Origin: an uncultured Veillonella sp.
GTDB lineage: Bacteria; Bacillota; Negativicutes; Veillonellales; Veillonellaceae
Direction of reading: 5' to 3'
Length of the DNA stretch: 55,211 nt
NCBI GenBank assembly: GCA_900766125.1
Contig: CAAFUD010000261.1
Span: forward strand, 1 to 55,211
The notes beneath the pieces were generated by a model. It was not told the DNA's origin. It did no database searches and worked only from the letters and a program-made list of their open reading frames with translations. This document shows positions 38,939 to 49,292 of the stretch, piece after piece. The position numbers and the translations under genes are program-made. Positions within the stretch are counted from its first letter, which is position 1. Every line of letters starts with the position of its first letter.

Positions 38939-39445
38939 ATGAATGTATGTAAATCATTAGGAATGCTAGCTATAGCCTTGTTAGTATCAACTAGTCATTG
39001 CGCTGCTATGACAGCTACAGAGATTGTGTATGATACTGTTGGGGACAATGATATAGCTAATGCTATTTTATATTATTGTGAACAAAATGGTGTAGATCCA
39101 TTATTGGCCACGGCTACCTTTGAAACAGAAAGCGGGTTTAATCAAGCTGCTATTTCTAGTTCTGGTGCTATTGGTATTACTCAATTAATGCCATCTACGG
39201 CCGCTTCTTATGGACTTAATCCATATAATCAATATGAAAATATTGAAGCAGGTGTTCGTTATTTAGCTGATAATTTAAATCGGTATAGTGGAACAGATTG
39301 GCAGGCTACCTACGCTATTGCAGCATATAATGCGGGCCCTGGTGCTGTTGATGCATATGGTGGTGTTCCACCTTATGGAGAAACTATTGATTATGTAAAT
39401 GCTATTTCTGATAGATATAGTCAATTATTAAGTTTAGAAAATTAA
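38939..39445 (+). CDS. Lytic transglycosylase (SLT / VirB1-like)
   Basis: ETESGFN, GAIGITQLMPSTA, AAYNAGPGAV, PPYGET.DYV. Confidence 0.93.
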   Translation: MNVCKSLGMLAIALLVSTSHCAAMTATEIVYDTVGDNDIANAILYYCEQNGVDPLLATATFETESGFNQAAISSSGAIGITQLMPSTAASYGLNPYNQYENIEAGVRYLADNLNRYSGTDWQATYAIAAYNAGPGAVDAYGGVPPYGETIDYVNAISDRYSQLLSLEN

Positions 39446-39540
39446 TTAATAAAATAATTTGTTGTATAAAATATTAATATAATAATATTTTTAACTATTA
39501 ATATGATATAGGTAATGAATATAAGCCCTTGGAGGCCACA

Positions 39541-40623
39541 ATGAATTTAGAACAATTAGGAAAAAAAGCCCGTCCTATTTGGAAAAAACATGGACGGAAA
39601 ATAGCTGCTATTACTGTTGGCTTAGTTGTAGCCATCGGACTATACAATTATTATGATAATCACGTGATTAAACAAAGCCCTGAATACATGATTGAACAGT
39701 TAAATACGGCCATTCAAAATGGTGATAGAGATACCGTATATAAATTTGTCAATCTGTATAACTTAATTGATGAAACGGCTAAAACGACTTCTCTATTAAA
39801 TGTTAAAGTTGAAGATTGGGCTAATGGTGCTGATGCGTTATCAGAAAGCATTAATCGTGATCAAATGGTAGCTGATGTAGCAGAGAATATTCTTAACAAT
39901 ATTAAAGATAATCACAAAATCATGTATACAGGTGATGCAAATAATATCGTATCTAAAGGTATACGGATGCTTGGTATTAATGATTTAGAGTTTGAATCTA
40001 TTCATTTAACCAAAGAAAAATCAGATGTACCAATTTTAGATTTAACAGTTCATGATACAAACAAAAAAGATGTGAAATATGTTATCCATATTCGCCTTAA
40101 AAAAGTGGATAATAGATGGATGCTTGATCAACTCGTAGCAGCTGATACAGTCATTAAAACTCGTTTAGTAGATTATAAGCAAAATTTAACTGAAGAAAAT
40201 AGAAATACAATTGCTTTATTTAATAAACTCATTAAAATCAGTAACCCTACTGTATCTATTCAAGATTTAGCAAAACCAGAACTATCACCTAAAGAATTAT
40301 TTAAATTATCAAAAGAAGAAAAGGAAAATCTGTTTAAATTAAAATCTAAACTCAAAATAGAAGCTCCTATCTTGCTAGATGCTAAAGTAGATTCTGCAAA
40401 AGCTATTGTTACGTTCACAGATAAAAATACAGGAACTATCATCAAAGAGTTACCAATTGACATTACAAAAGGCTCTACTACTATTTCTTATGATAAAGAT
40501 GTTAATTATACTGATAAGGCACAAGAATTATTAGCTGATGCAATTAAGAATAATCGTGTATTAGTTTCTATTACTATTCAATCTGTTACCACACAAGATG
40601 GTACTAAAACGTTAAAACAATAA
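39541..40623 (+). CDS. Hypothetical membrane-anchored protein
   Basis: GGAGG RBS; single N-terminal TM. Confidence 0.7.
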   Translation: MNLEQLGKKARPIWKKHGRKIAAITVGLVVAIGLYNYYDNHVIKQSPEYMIEQLNTAIQNGDRDTVYKFVNLYNLIDETAKTTSLLNVKVEDWANGADALSESINRDQMVADVAENILNNIKDNHKIMYTGDANNIVSKGIRMLGINDLEFESIHLTKEKSDVPILDLTVHDTNKKDVKYVIHIRLKKVDNRWMLDQLVAADTVIKTRLVDYKQNLTEENRNTIALFNKLIKISNPTVSIQDLAKPELSPKELFKLSKEEKENLFKLKSKLKIEAPILLDAKVDSAKAIVTFTDKNTGTIIKELPIDITKGSTTISYDKDVNYTDKAQELLADAIKNNRVLVSITIQSVTTQDGTKTLKQ

Positions 40624-40672
40624 AAATATAAATTGTTTTATTATTTTAATTATTAATATATTAGGAGGAAGT

Positions 40673-40831
40673 ATGATGACAGAAAGAAAAACAATTCAAT
40701 TAATTAATGAGGATACAGGAGAATTAGTCAATTCACCTGATAAGCTATTCATTTCTGAAAGTTCATTAGATGGTATTTCACCAGATGATTTTGAAATGGA
40801 TGTGGAGGATGAAGAACATGGAGATGAGTAA
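40673..40831 (+). CDS. 52-aa highly acidic protein (not in the ORF track)
   Basis: AGGAGG RBS; MMTERKTIQLINEDTGELVNSPDKLFISESSLDGISPDDFEMDVEDEEHGDE*; overlaps the ardC start. Confidence 0.6.
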   Translation: MMTERKTIQLINEDTGELVNSPDKLFISESSLDGISPDDFEMDVEDEEHGDE

Positions 40832-43172
40832 ACAAAGTACATCTGGAATTAATAAAATTGAAGCTAAACGTCAAGAAGTAATTGATTATATCTTGACGGA
40901 AATTAATAATGGTAATCCTCATGTCTTTAATAACCCTAACCACCCATCTTTATTTGAACAATACAATTTTAAAACCGATAAAACATATAGCGGAATGAAT
41001 CGGTTTATATTAGCCGTTTCAGCTAGTTTGGAAGGGTATAAAGATCCTCGTTGGTTAACTTATAAGCAAGCAAAAGAGTTAGGGTATTCTGTAAAAAAAG
41101 GTACGCATGGTACAACGTTAGAATATTGGGAACGCATTCCTGTAAAAATGGATAAACTTGATAAGGATGGAAATCCAGTTCTCGATGAAAATGGTAAACC
41201 CGTTCAGGTTACTAGAACTAGAGAAGATGGTACACCAGTGATGCGTTGGATGGGTAAACCATTTACTGTTTTTAATGGCGAACAGATTAATGGTATTCCA
41301 CCTTATGAACGCCAACCTATGACAGAAGAACAACGTATCAAAGAATTAGAATCTATTCTTAATCATAGTGAAGCCCCTATTCATTATGATAGTTTAGAGG
41401 CTAATTATTACCAAAGAAAAACAGATACGATTCATTTACGGCCAAAAGATGACTTTAAATCTATGGATCAACTCTATGCAACGGCACTACATGAAATTGC
41501 TCATAGTACACAACATCCTAGTCGGTTAAATCGTCAATATATGGAATCTTCTAACCCATTAGAAGAATTACAAAATTACGCTAGAGAAGAAGTCGTTGCT
41601 GAATTTACAGCGGCTATGTTAAATGCTAAGTATAATCTACCGTATTCAGAACGAATGGGAAAAGATAATTCTACATCGTATATTGAAGGTTGGCAGCAAG
41701 TATTTAATGAAAGCCCATTAGAACTTATTGAAGCCTTAAAAAAAGCAGAACAAGCTGCTACGTATATTGAAAATAATATGCTCGTTCTTGAACAAGAACA
41801 AACAGAGCAACTAGAACAATCCCACTCTCTAAATCAATACACTTTAGATGATTTAGAAGTTCATTTTGATTGGGCTGAAGGAATGGTTACTGATAAGGAT
41901 GGTAAAAGTTATACACGTATTGGTGTACTACCATCTAAACTATCTGACTTAGGTTCAGATACTGGTAATTACTATTCTGATGATTTGATTTTAAAAGGCA
42001 AAGCAGCTCAACAATTTTTAACTGATGCCGCTCGTCAAGATTATTTTTACTCTGAACTTGGACATGCTAAATGTTCATTTACTATTAAAGTCAAAGACTT
42101 TGAATTTGGTGATCGATTCGACTTAGGGGATAGTTATATTAAAAGTGCTAATTTAAACGGTAAAAAAGAAGTTGGTGGTATTGAATACTTTAATAATTTT
42201 CTAGTAAAGACTTTTGATGTAGACCCTCATACATTAGAAAATTTAGTAACGCAAGAGCAACAATTGATTGCTGAAGGCAAATTACCTTCTATCACTAATT
42301 GCCCTAATGGACAAATTATTACTAATGATATGAACCAGGATAATCTGATTCCCTCTTCAAAAAAAGAGAATACAGTAAAATTTGATAAAAACTTTGCAAT
42401 TAGTTTACGACATAAAGAAGGGTTCTTATGCCGTAATACTAATATGATTGTTCTTGGTGGTGGTACATCCTTTGATTATCTATTGCAGGATACGCCAGAA
42501 AAAATGATTGGCCCAGATGATGGCTATAGAGAGTATGGTGGACATTTTTATGCTTTAGATCACGATCCTGAAAGTCCTAACTTATATAAAGGCGATTATG
42601 CCATTCAGTTAATGAACGATATTGTTTTAGAAGATATGACGGTTCATTTAGTAAATGCCAATAGAACCATTACAATTCCAGATGGAACTGGCTTTGATTC
42701 ACAAAATCCAACTAATGTACGTAGTTGTTTAGGTGTAGTCGATAAATTAGGAATTAATTTCCATATTATTGATAAAAACGGTGAACTTCATACGTTTAAA
42801 AATCGTATTGATTTAGGTGATTTAGATACTATCTCTAAAACGCCAATGCTTGACGTTTTAAAATCAATGGAGAACTGGACTAGTGTTAAATTAGAAGGAT
42901 TATCTGATGATGTTCATGCTATGGTTGAAGAACTAGAAGATAGACTGAAACGCAATGAACTACCGTCCCCTTCTGTTCAAACTAACCCTAAAATTTATAC
43001 AGAAAAATTACAAGCACTTTATAATTCACATTCTAACCCTGAAAAATATGCAGAAGCATTAAAGCCTGTTATGGAAATGTTGAATGTAACACAAACTAAG
43101 GACTTATCTCAAAAGCCTAAAGTTGGTTTATCTATTTCTAAACCTAAAGGAAAATCTGGCTTAGAACGCTAA
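40818..43172 (+). CDS. ardC: ArdC-family antirestriction protein (ssDNA-binding plus zincin-like domain) with long C-terminal extension
   Basis: YSGMN, DPRWLTYKQA, VKKG..G, VFNGEQI.GIP, LHEIAHST.HPSRLNR, YAREEVVAE, SYIEGW. Confidence 0.88.
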   Translation: MEMSKQSTSGINKIEAKRQEVIDYILTEINNGNPHVFNNPNHPSLFEQYNFKTDKTYSGMNRFILAVSASLEGYKDPRWLTYKQAKELGYSVKKGTHGTTLEYWERIPVKMDKLDKDGNPVLDENGKPVQVTRTREDGTPVMRWMGKPFTVFNGEQINGIPPYERQPMTEEQRIKELESILNHSEAPIHYDSLEANYYQRKTDTIHLRPKDDFKSMDQLYATALHEIAHSTQHPSRLNRQYMESSNPLEELQNYAREEVVAEFTAAMLNAKYNLPYSERMGKDNSTSYIEGWQQVFNESPLELIEALKKAEQAATYIENNMLVLEQEQTEQLEQSHSLNQYTLDDLEVHFDWAEGMVTDKDGKSYTRIGVLPSKLSDLGSDTGNYYSDDLILKGKAAQQFLTDAARQDYFYSELGHAKCSFTIKVKDFEFGDRFDLGDSYIKSANLNGKKEVGGIEYFNNFLVKTFDVDPHTLENLVTQEQQLIAEGKLPSITNCPNGQIITNDMNQDNLIPSSKKENTVKFDKNFAISLRHKEGFLCRNTNMIVLGGGTSFDYLLQDTPEKMIGPDDGYREYGGHFYALDHDPESPNLYKGDYAIQLMNDIVLEDMTVHLVNANRTITIPDGTGFDSQNPTNVRSCLGVVDKLGINFHIIDKNGELHTFKNRIDLGDLDTISKTPMLDVLKSMENWTSVKLEGLSDDVHAMVEELEDRLKRNELPSPSVQTNPKIYTEKLQALYNSHSNPEKYAEALKPVMEMLNVTQTKDLSQKPKVGLSISKPKGKSGLER

Positions 43173-43266
43173 CATTTTATTGTTAAAACTATTTATTGTA
43201 CAATATCTAAAAATATTTATTGTTTTATATATTAATTGTTTGAATATAAACCCAGTGAGGATATAA

Positions 43267-45351
43267 ATGAATACACTTTATATTGCAGAAAAGCCTAGTT
43301 TAGCTACTGCTATTGCTAAATATTTAGGTGGATTTACTAAAAGTAAAACAGCGTTTGAAAAAGGTGATACTAAAGTTACTTGGTGTTATGGACACGTATT
43401 TGCAACGGTTGATCCTGAAGAATATGATCCTAAATATCATAGATGGACTGTTTCGGATTTACCTATCATTCCTTCCGATTGGATTTTAAAACCACGTGCA
43501 GATGCTAAGGAGCAAGTTAAAGCAATTAAAGAAATGTTGCAATGGGCTGATGTTGTGATTCATGCAGGTGACCCTGATCGTGAAGGCCAACTACTCGTTG
43601 ATGAAGTCTTAGAATATTACGATTATAAAGGAACAGTTAAACGAATTCTTATTAACGCTACCGATGATACCTCTTTAAAACGTGCGTTTGATTCTATTGT
43701 AGAAAACAGTCAATTTAAAAACTTATCACAAGCAGGTTTAGGCCGTTCTAAAATGGATTGGTTATTAGGAATGTCTGGTACACGTCTATATACACTACGA
43801 TACCAACATTTAGGTGGTAAAGGTAAATTAAATGTAGGACGTGTACAAACACCTACATTAGCTTTAGTAGTGAATCGTGAGCATGAAATTGTCAATTTTA
43901 AAGAACAAAAATTCTTTGATATTCATGCGACTATTTCTGTAGATAATGAACAATTTAAAGGAAAACTAGTTCATGAAGGGTATATTGTCGAACAATCAGA
44001 AGCAGAAGCCCTTATGAGTGCTTGTAAAGCAGCAGGAACAGCTACCATTAAAGAATGGTCTGTTAATGATAAAAAAGAGGCCCCTCCCCTTCCATATTCC
44101 CTGGATTCTTTACAAGGATACATGAATAAAAAAGCAGGATGGTCACCAAAGAAAACACTTGATGTTACTCAAAAATTATATGAAATGAAATATGTGTCTT
44201 ACCCTCGTTCTGATTGTAACTATTTGCCTATGGGCCAATATAGTGATGCACATGATATTTTAGATGCTATTTCTCGTGGTTCTACGTTACCTAGTGATTT
44301 TTCTAGTCATGCTAACACGTCGTTGCAATCTAAATGTTTCAACGATAAGAAAATTACAGCCCATCATGCTATTATTCCTACTCGTGAAGCTCCGTCTGGA
44401 TTAGATGCAGATCAGCAACTTTTATATGATGAAATTGCTTTACGATACATTTTGCAGTGGTACCCTGCTATGGAGTTTACCGAAACAAAGTATGTATTCT
44501 CTGTTGCAAGCGAAGATTTCAGTGGCCGTAGTGTCTTTATCCGTGATAAAGGATTTAAAGCCCTTATAGGCTCAAATAAAGAGGATGAAGATACAAATGA
44601 TGTATCCATTGCTCAAAAGGCCGTAACAGCTGCTACAGGCGATTCCGTTACTGTATCTGACGTTGACTATAAAGAAGGCGTAACAAAACCACCTAAACGA
44701 TTTACAGAAGGTACATTGTTAACAGCCATGGCAAATATTCATCGTTTTGTTTCCGATCCTGAATTTAAAGAAAAATTAAAACAGATTAAGGGGATTGGCA
44801 CGCCTGCTACTCGTTCAACGATTATTGCAGGGTTAATTGATAATGGATTCATTGCTTTAGATGGTAAAGCTCTCCGCCCTACTGCATTAGGGGAAGAGCT
44901 AGTTAAACATATTCCTAGTATTATTACAGCCCCTGATATGACGGCTAAAATGGAACTTTCCTTAATGGATGTAGAAAAAGGAACTACCTCTCTAAATGCA
45001 GTAATGTCTGAATATGAATCATTCCTTAAAGGATTGGTAGAAGCAGAAACAACAATTTTTGCTCAACCACCAAAAATTGAAGGTGTTGAATGCCCTGTTT
45101 GTCATGAAGGTGTACTCATTTTAAAAAAAGGTAGCAAAGGCCCATTCTGGGGATGTAGTGCTTATGCTCAAAATGGATGTAAAGCGATTTTCTCTGATGC
45201 TAATGGAAAACCTGCTATTTATGAATGTCCTGATTGCCATAAGGGATTTTTAAAACAACGAAAAGGCAGTAAAGGTACTTTCTGGGGCTGTAGTAATTAT
45301 CCTGATTGTAAATGTACTAAAGAGGATGCTAAAGGCAAGCCTAAACTATAA
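43267..45351 (+). CDS. topB: DNA topoisomerase III with C-terminal zinc ribbons
   Basis: IAEKPSLA, AGDPDREG, GRVQTPTL, YPRSD, GIGTPATR, FWGCS repeats. Confidence 0.95.
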   Translation: MNTLYIAEKPSLATAIAKYLGGFTKSKTAFEKGDTKVTWCYGHVFATVDPEEYDPKYHRWTVSDLPIIPSDWILKPRADAKEQVKAIKEMLQWADVVIHAGDPDREGQLLVDEVLEYYDYKGTVKRILINATDDTSLKRAFDSIVENSQFKNLSQAGLGRSKMDWLLGMSGTRLYTLRYQHLGGKGKLNVGRVQTPTLALVVNREHEIVNFKEQKFFDIHATISVDNEQFKGKLVHEGYIVEQSEAEALMSACKAAGTATIKEWSVNDKKEAPPLPYSLDSLQGYMNKKAGWSPKKTLDVTQKLYEMKYVSYPRSDCNYLPMGQYSDAHDILDAISRGSTLPSDFSSHANTSLQSKCFNDKKITAHHAIIPTREAPSGLDADQQLLYDEIALRYILQWYPAMEFTETKYVFSVASEDFSGRSVFIRDKGFKALIGSNKEDEDTNDVSIAQKAVTAATGDSVTVSDVDYKEGVTKPPKRFTEGTLLTAMANIHRFVSDPEFKEKLKQIKGIGTPATRSTIIAGLIDNGFIALDGKALRPTALGEELVKHIPSIITAPDMTAKMELSLMDVEKGTTSLNAVMSEYESFLKGLVEAETTIFAQPPKIEGVECPVCHEGVLILKKGSKGPFWGCSAYAQNGCKAIFSDANGKPAIYECPDCHKGFLKQRKGSKGTFWGCSNYPDCKCTKEDAKGKPKL

Positions 45352-45437
45352 AATGATTAATAAGCAAAATAATTAACCAATAAATATATTAATATTTTTA
45401 TTGATTTATCTATTAAACTATTGCATAGGAGATATAA

Positions 45438-46277
45438 ATGTCCTCATTAATTGATAAACAACAAGATTTTAAAGGGTCTATTAACGAAATACCTTTTGAA
45501 CGTGAAGAGGTATTTGATGCAACAGCTTCTATTGTCAATGCGATTGAACATAGATGGCCTATTACCTGTTCAAAAGAAACCATAGAGGCGATTAAAGGAT
45601 ATGTGGAAGGACATGAGGCCTTACATCCATCCTTCTCTTTCAAAAAATTTGAACGAGAAAATACAAATCGTATTGCGTATACAACTGAACCTAAAGAAGT
45701 ATGGCTTAGTTATGAACGGTCTGATTACCTTAAAGAAGCAGGTACAACATTACCATTAGCGTTAACTGCATCTCTTACTAAAGATCAAGAAGCTGTTCAA
45801 GACTTTGAACAAGCAATGGATGCCTGGGAAAAAGAAAAAGAGATTAAAGGTGAACAAAAGAAAGAAGCATACAAAGAACTTACAGAAGAAGAAGCCTTAA
45901 AATTAGTTGCTTCTAATGGTACTGAATTATTATATTTGCCTGATAAATATCGTAATAACGAAAAAATTGTATCGGTAGCTATCTCTAACGATGAAGATGC
46001 GTTCCGTTATGCAGGGACATCTGCTCGTGATAATGACCGTTTAGCTAGACAAGCTATTAATGCTGATCCAGATAATATTAAGTATCTGGGGCAAACGCTA
46101 CGTAATGACCCTGATTTATATCAAATGGCCATCGAACGTGATAATGACCTTATTAAAGATATTCCTGTGGCCATGCAGCATAATGCAACGATTGAAAAGA
46201 TTATTGCTAAAGATAATCGCCGTCAACTTGGTCTTACTATAAAAAAAGCCAATGAAGGAGCTGAATTGACACGATGA
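45438..46277 (+). CDS. Hypothetical protein with DUF4116-like repeats
   Basis: Repeated ..R(N/D)N..(I/L)...A(I/V) units in the C-half. Confidence 0.6.
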   Translation: MSSLIDKQQDFKGSINEIPFEREEVFDATASIVNAIEHRWPITCSKETIEAIKGYVEGHEALHPSFSFKKFERENTNRIAYTTEPKEVWLSYERSDYLKEAGTTLPLALTASLTKDQEAVQDFEQAMDAWEKEKEIKGEQKKEAYKELTEEEALKLVASNGTELLYLPDKYRNNEKIVSVAISNDEDAFRYAGTSARDNDRLARQAINADPDNIKYLGQTLRNDPDLYQMAIERDNDLIKDIPVAMQHNATIEKIIAKDNRRQLGLTIKKANEGAELTR

Positions 46278-46435
46278 GGCGTAAAAGACAATTAAAAAAA
46301 AGAAATAATAGCCCTAGTCCGATTGTAACTACAACGGCTATGAAACAACGACAAAATCATAAGCATACAAAGAAAATCGGTGATGTAATTGTAACCATAC
46401 CATGCTTTGGAAAAAGTCGTTCCCGTTCTCGTTAG
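46274..46435 (+). CDS. Possible 53-aa basic peptide
   Basis: ATGA overlap with the upstream stop; fills the gap to the next gene; MRRKRQLKKR...KSRSRSR*. Confidence 0.35.
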   Translation: MRRKRQLKKRNNSPSPIVTTTAMKQRQNHKHTKKIGDVIVTIPCFGKSRSRSR

Positions 46436-46443
46436 GTGATTCT

Positions 46444-46920
46444 ATGAAATGGGTGAATCATAGAATTATTACTACCTCGATTGCATTTCTCCTAACACAA
46501 AATATTCCTTTTGTGTTAGGAGCGTATGCAGGGAGTACCTTACCTGATCGGCTAGAAGCTCATAAAGAACGGTCTAGTCTAACCTATTACAATCATAGAC
46601 AAGTGACACACTGGTTTGTTCCTTATATGATTGCTTTTACATTTCTCGCCATACTAGGATTTGTTATTAATCCTTTCTCTGAAGTATCTTCATTGTTTTT
46701 TAAAGTTACACTTGGCGGGCTATTTGGTTGTATTGCTCATATTGCTGAGGATGCAGTAACAGGAACTGTTCCAGGGTTAACATTACACTCTCGTATTGGA
46801 AAAGCATATTTTAAAACTGGCGATAATAAAGAATATGCAGTATCTGCTATTTGTATTGTTCTTACAATCATTACTCTTATTATTATTGGAATCTCTTATC
46901 CATTACAATTGTTATTTTAA
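46444..46920 (+). CDS. Membrane-bound metal-dependent hydrolase (YdjM-like)
   Basis: NH, GSTLPD, HRQVTHW, HIAEDA.T motifs. Confidence 0.8.
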   Translation: MKWVNHRIITTSIAFLLTQNIPFVLGAYAGSTLPDRLEAHKERSSLTYYNHRQVTHWFVPYMIAFTFLAILGFVINPFSEVSSLFFKVTLGGLFGCIAHIAEDAVTGTVPGLTLHSRIGKAYFKTGDNKEYAVSAICIVLTIITLIIIGISYPLQLLF

Positions 46921-46949
46921 TTAGGACTAATTATTAAGTAGTTTATTTT

Positions 46950-47240
46950 ATAGACAAAAGTGCAAATAAGTGAACAAATATATATTATATTTCTTGTTTG
47001 CACTTGCTTAATAATAGGTTTCGAGCCTTAGTGACTGCTACTATCGAAAGATATGTTGCAGATATGAACTACGTTATGGGAAAGGTTAAAGACACACCTT
47101 TAGATGTACTCGTCAGTCTGAAGCTCTGTGAGTGCCAATCAAGAAACTATGCTAATGTTCTGCATAGATAACAGAGAAACACATATACCCTCCACGACAT
47201 TGGCAGGACGAAAAATACTCCGTAAGGAAGGTGTCCAGAG
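46950..47240 (+). ncRNA. omegaRNA / HEARO-like RNA of the IscB element
   Basis: Structured non-coding leader directly 5' of iscB with ctacgtt, acacc.ttagatgt, cagtct...gctct, acattggc motifs; boundaries approximate. Confidence 0.75.
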
Positions 47241-48479
47241 ATGGAAAATAAAATTGAATATTGCTTTGTAGTTGATAAAGATAACCAACCATTAGCACCA
47301 ACAAAAGTGAATAAAGGATGGTATTTAGTTAGAAAAGGCAGAGCAAGATTAAAATCTAAATACCCTATGGTAATTCAATTAGAAAAAAGAGTTAAACTTG
47401 ATGAAAATGACAAAAGTTATATGACTTGTGGTATAGATGATGGTTCTGCACATGTTGGCTTGGCTATTGTTCAAAAATGTCCTATTAAAAATAAAGTAGT
47501 ATTTAAGGGGACTATTGAACAACGTCAAGATGTAAAGCACTTAATAGATGTTAGGCGTGGGTATAGACGTTATCATCGTTATCATAAAAGATATAGACCG
47601 ATGAGATTTAATAATCGTTCATCTTCTAAAAGAATTGGTAGATTAGCACCAAGTATTAAACAAAAGAAAGATGCTATTTTAAGAATATTATTCCAGTTAA
47701 ATAAGTGGATAAACATTAAAGAATATTATCTTGAAGATGTTTGTATAGATATTCGTGCAATGACAGATGATTATAAACCTTATAAATGGCAATATCAAAA
47801 ATCTAATCGTTTAGATGAAAATCTTAGAAAAGCAGCTATTATACGTGACAATTACAAATGTCAGGAATGTGGAAAATCTAATTGTAAATTAGAAGTACAT
47901 CATATACAAGCAAGAAAATATAGCGGAGCAGATACTATTGGAAATTTAATTACACTTTGTTCTAAATGTCATCAAAAAACAGAAGGAAAAGAGCAAGATT
48001 TTGAAGATAAATACTTCAAAATTATTGGCTCTAAACCTAAACGGTTTGATTACGCAATGCATGTTATGCAAGGTAAAAACTATCTACGAAGTAAAATATC
48101 TGAATTAGGATTATTACATCTAACTAATGGTGGCGAAACTGCAAATAAAAGAATTGAATGGAATATAGAAAAATCCCATAGCAATGATGCTATATGTATT
48201 ACAGATAGTATCCCAGACTCTTGTAACATAAAAGAGTGGACTATTAAACCAATGAGAAGAAAATCAAAAGCAAAAATTAATAATGTATTAGGAATTAAGC
48301 ATAGAGATTTAGTTTCTTATACATATAAAAATGGAGAAACGCACACTGGCTATGTTACGGCTTTATATTCAAAACAATTAGCTTTAAATTTTCAATCAAG
48401 AACTAAACATTGCAAAAAAGTAAATGCACGAAAATGCAGATTGCTTTGGCAATTTAATAAAATTTATTGGCTAGAATAA
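47241..48479 (+). CDS. iscB: IscB RNA-guided endonuclease (IS200/IS605 family)
   Basis: PLAPT (PLMP), GIDDG, R-rich bridge helix, LED, CQECG..EVHH..NLITLC..CH (HNH), HSNDAICI. Confidence 0.92.
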   Translation: MENKIEYCFVVDKDNQPLAPTKVNKGWYLVRKGRARLKSKYPMVIQLEKRVKLDENDKSYMTCGIDDGSAHVGLAIVQKCPIKNKVVFKGTIEQRQDVKHLIDVRRGYRRYHRYHKRYRPMRFNNRSSSKRIGRLAPSIKQKKDAILRILFQLNKWINIKEYYLEDVCIDIRAMTDDYKPYKWQYQKSNRLDENLRKAAIIRDNYKCQECGKSNCKLEVHHIQARKYSGADTIGNLITLCSKCHQKTEGKEQDFEDKYFKIIGSKPKRFDYAMHVMQGKNYLRSKISELGLLHLTNGGETANKRIEWNIEKSHSNDAICITDSIPDSCNIKEWTIKPMRRKSKAKINNVLGIKHRDLVSYTYKNGETHTGYVTALYSKQLALNFQSRTKHCKKVNARKCRLLWQFNKIYWLE

Positions 48480-48541
48480 TATATATAATATTATATATTT
48501 ATTTATATTTAAGTATATTTTTTTTAGGAGAAATTTTTACA

Positions 48542-49291
48542 ATGGAAAAAATGGAATTCAAAACAAAATCTCAACTTGCACAAGAACGTTTTCATGAATA
48601 CTTAGAAAATAAATTAAAAACAGATGGTTATAGTGAAGTCGAATCTGACTTGTACTTTAAATTTGAAGAGTATATTAATAATCGGCTAGCTGCTATTGAA
48701 ACTACTATGTCGATGGTAGCTAATGGTATTGCTATACAAAAAGATACTGGTGTTGCATTATTACGAGAAGTCCCTAATGATGAAACGTTTACAATTCTTT
48801 TTAATGGGTCAGAGCAAACTGTATCTCGTGATCAATTTGTTGATTATATTGAACGTAAAGCTGTAGAAGCTGTTGCCTCTGGTATTCCTGTACTCCCATA
48901 TGAATATAATTATTTGTTTAAACAAGCACCTTCTTTAAATCGGGTAATGAAATCTAGTGGTGAATATCCTGTTGAATTAGTAGCAATGATGTTACAAAAA
49001 AACGCTAATTCTAATGTTCCTGAATTAGTATGCTTATTCTCTACTATTACCAATGATATTTTTTCTTATCGTTTTAGAAAAAATAATAAATATGATATGT
49101 TCACTCCAAATTACAATTCTACATTTGAAGTTAAAGATAAAGCTAATATTGGTAAATGCTTTATGTTACGAGTAGCACCTAGTCGCAATTCGGGTCTACT
49201 TAGAATCATTGATATGATTCCAATAGAATCTAATGATGAACCTAGTGATCGTCATAGTGCTATGGAAGAAACTATGACACGGGTTTACTAA
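48542..49291 (+). CDS. Hypothetical protein
   Basis: AGGAG RBS before ATG 48542. Confidence 0.65.
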   Translation: MEKMEFKTKSQLAQERFHEYLENKLKTDGYSEVESDLYFKFEEYINNRLAAIETTMSMVANGIAIQKDTGVALLREVPNDETFTILFNGSEQTVSRDQFVDYIERKAVEAVASGIPVLPYEYNYLFKQAPSLNRVMKSSGEYPVELVAMMLQKNANSNVPELVCLFSTITNDIFSYRFRKNNKYDMFTPNYNSTFEVKDKANIGKCFMLRVAPSRNSGLLRIIDMIPIESNDEPSDRHSAMEETMTRVY

Positions 49292-49292
49292 T

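Larger units (their letters stand above)
46950..48520 (+). mobile_element. Non-autonomous IS200/IS605-type element (omegaRNA plus iscB, no tnpA)
   Basis: Interrupts a co-directional gene run; no Y1 transposase in the window; ends not precisely determined. Confidence 0.6.

Noticed and set aside
42821..42841. tttagatactatctctaaaac, resembling the 3' end of the CRISPR repeat
   Set aside because: Inside the ardC coding sequence, only the last 11 nt identical, no partner repeat; likely chance.
43213..43236. 24-bp identity with 52188-52211 and similar AT-only runs before parA
   Set aside because: Very low complexity; may be ParG sites but cannot be distinguished from background by eye.
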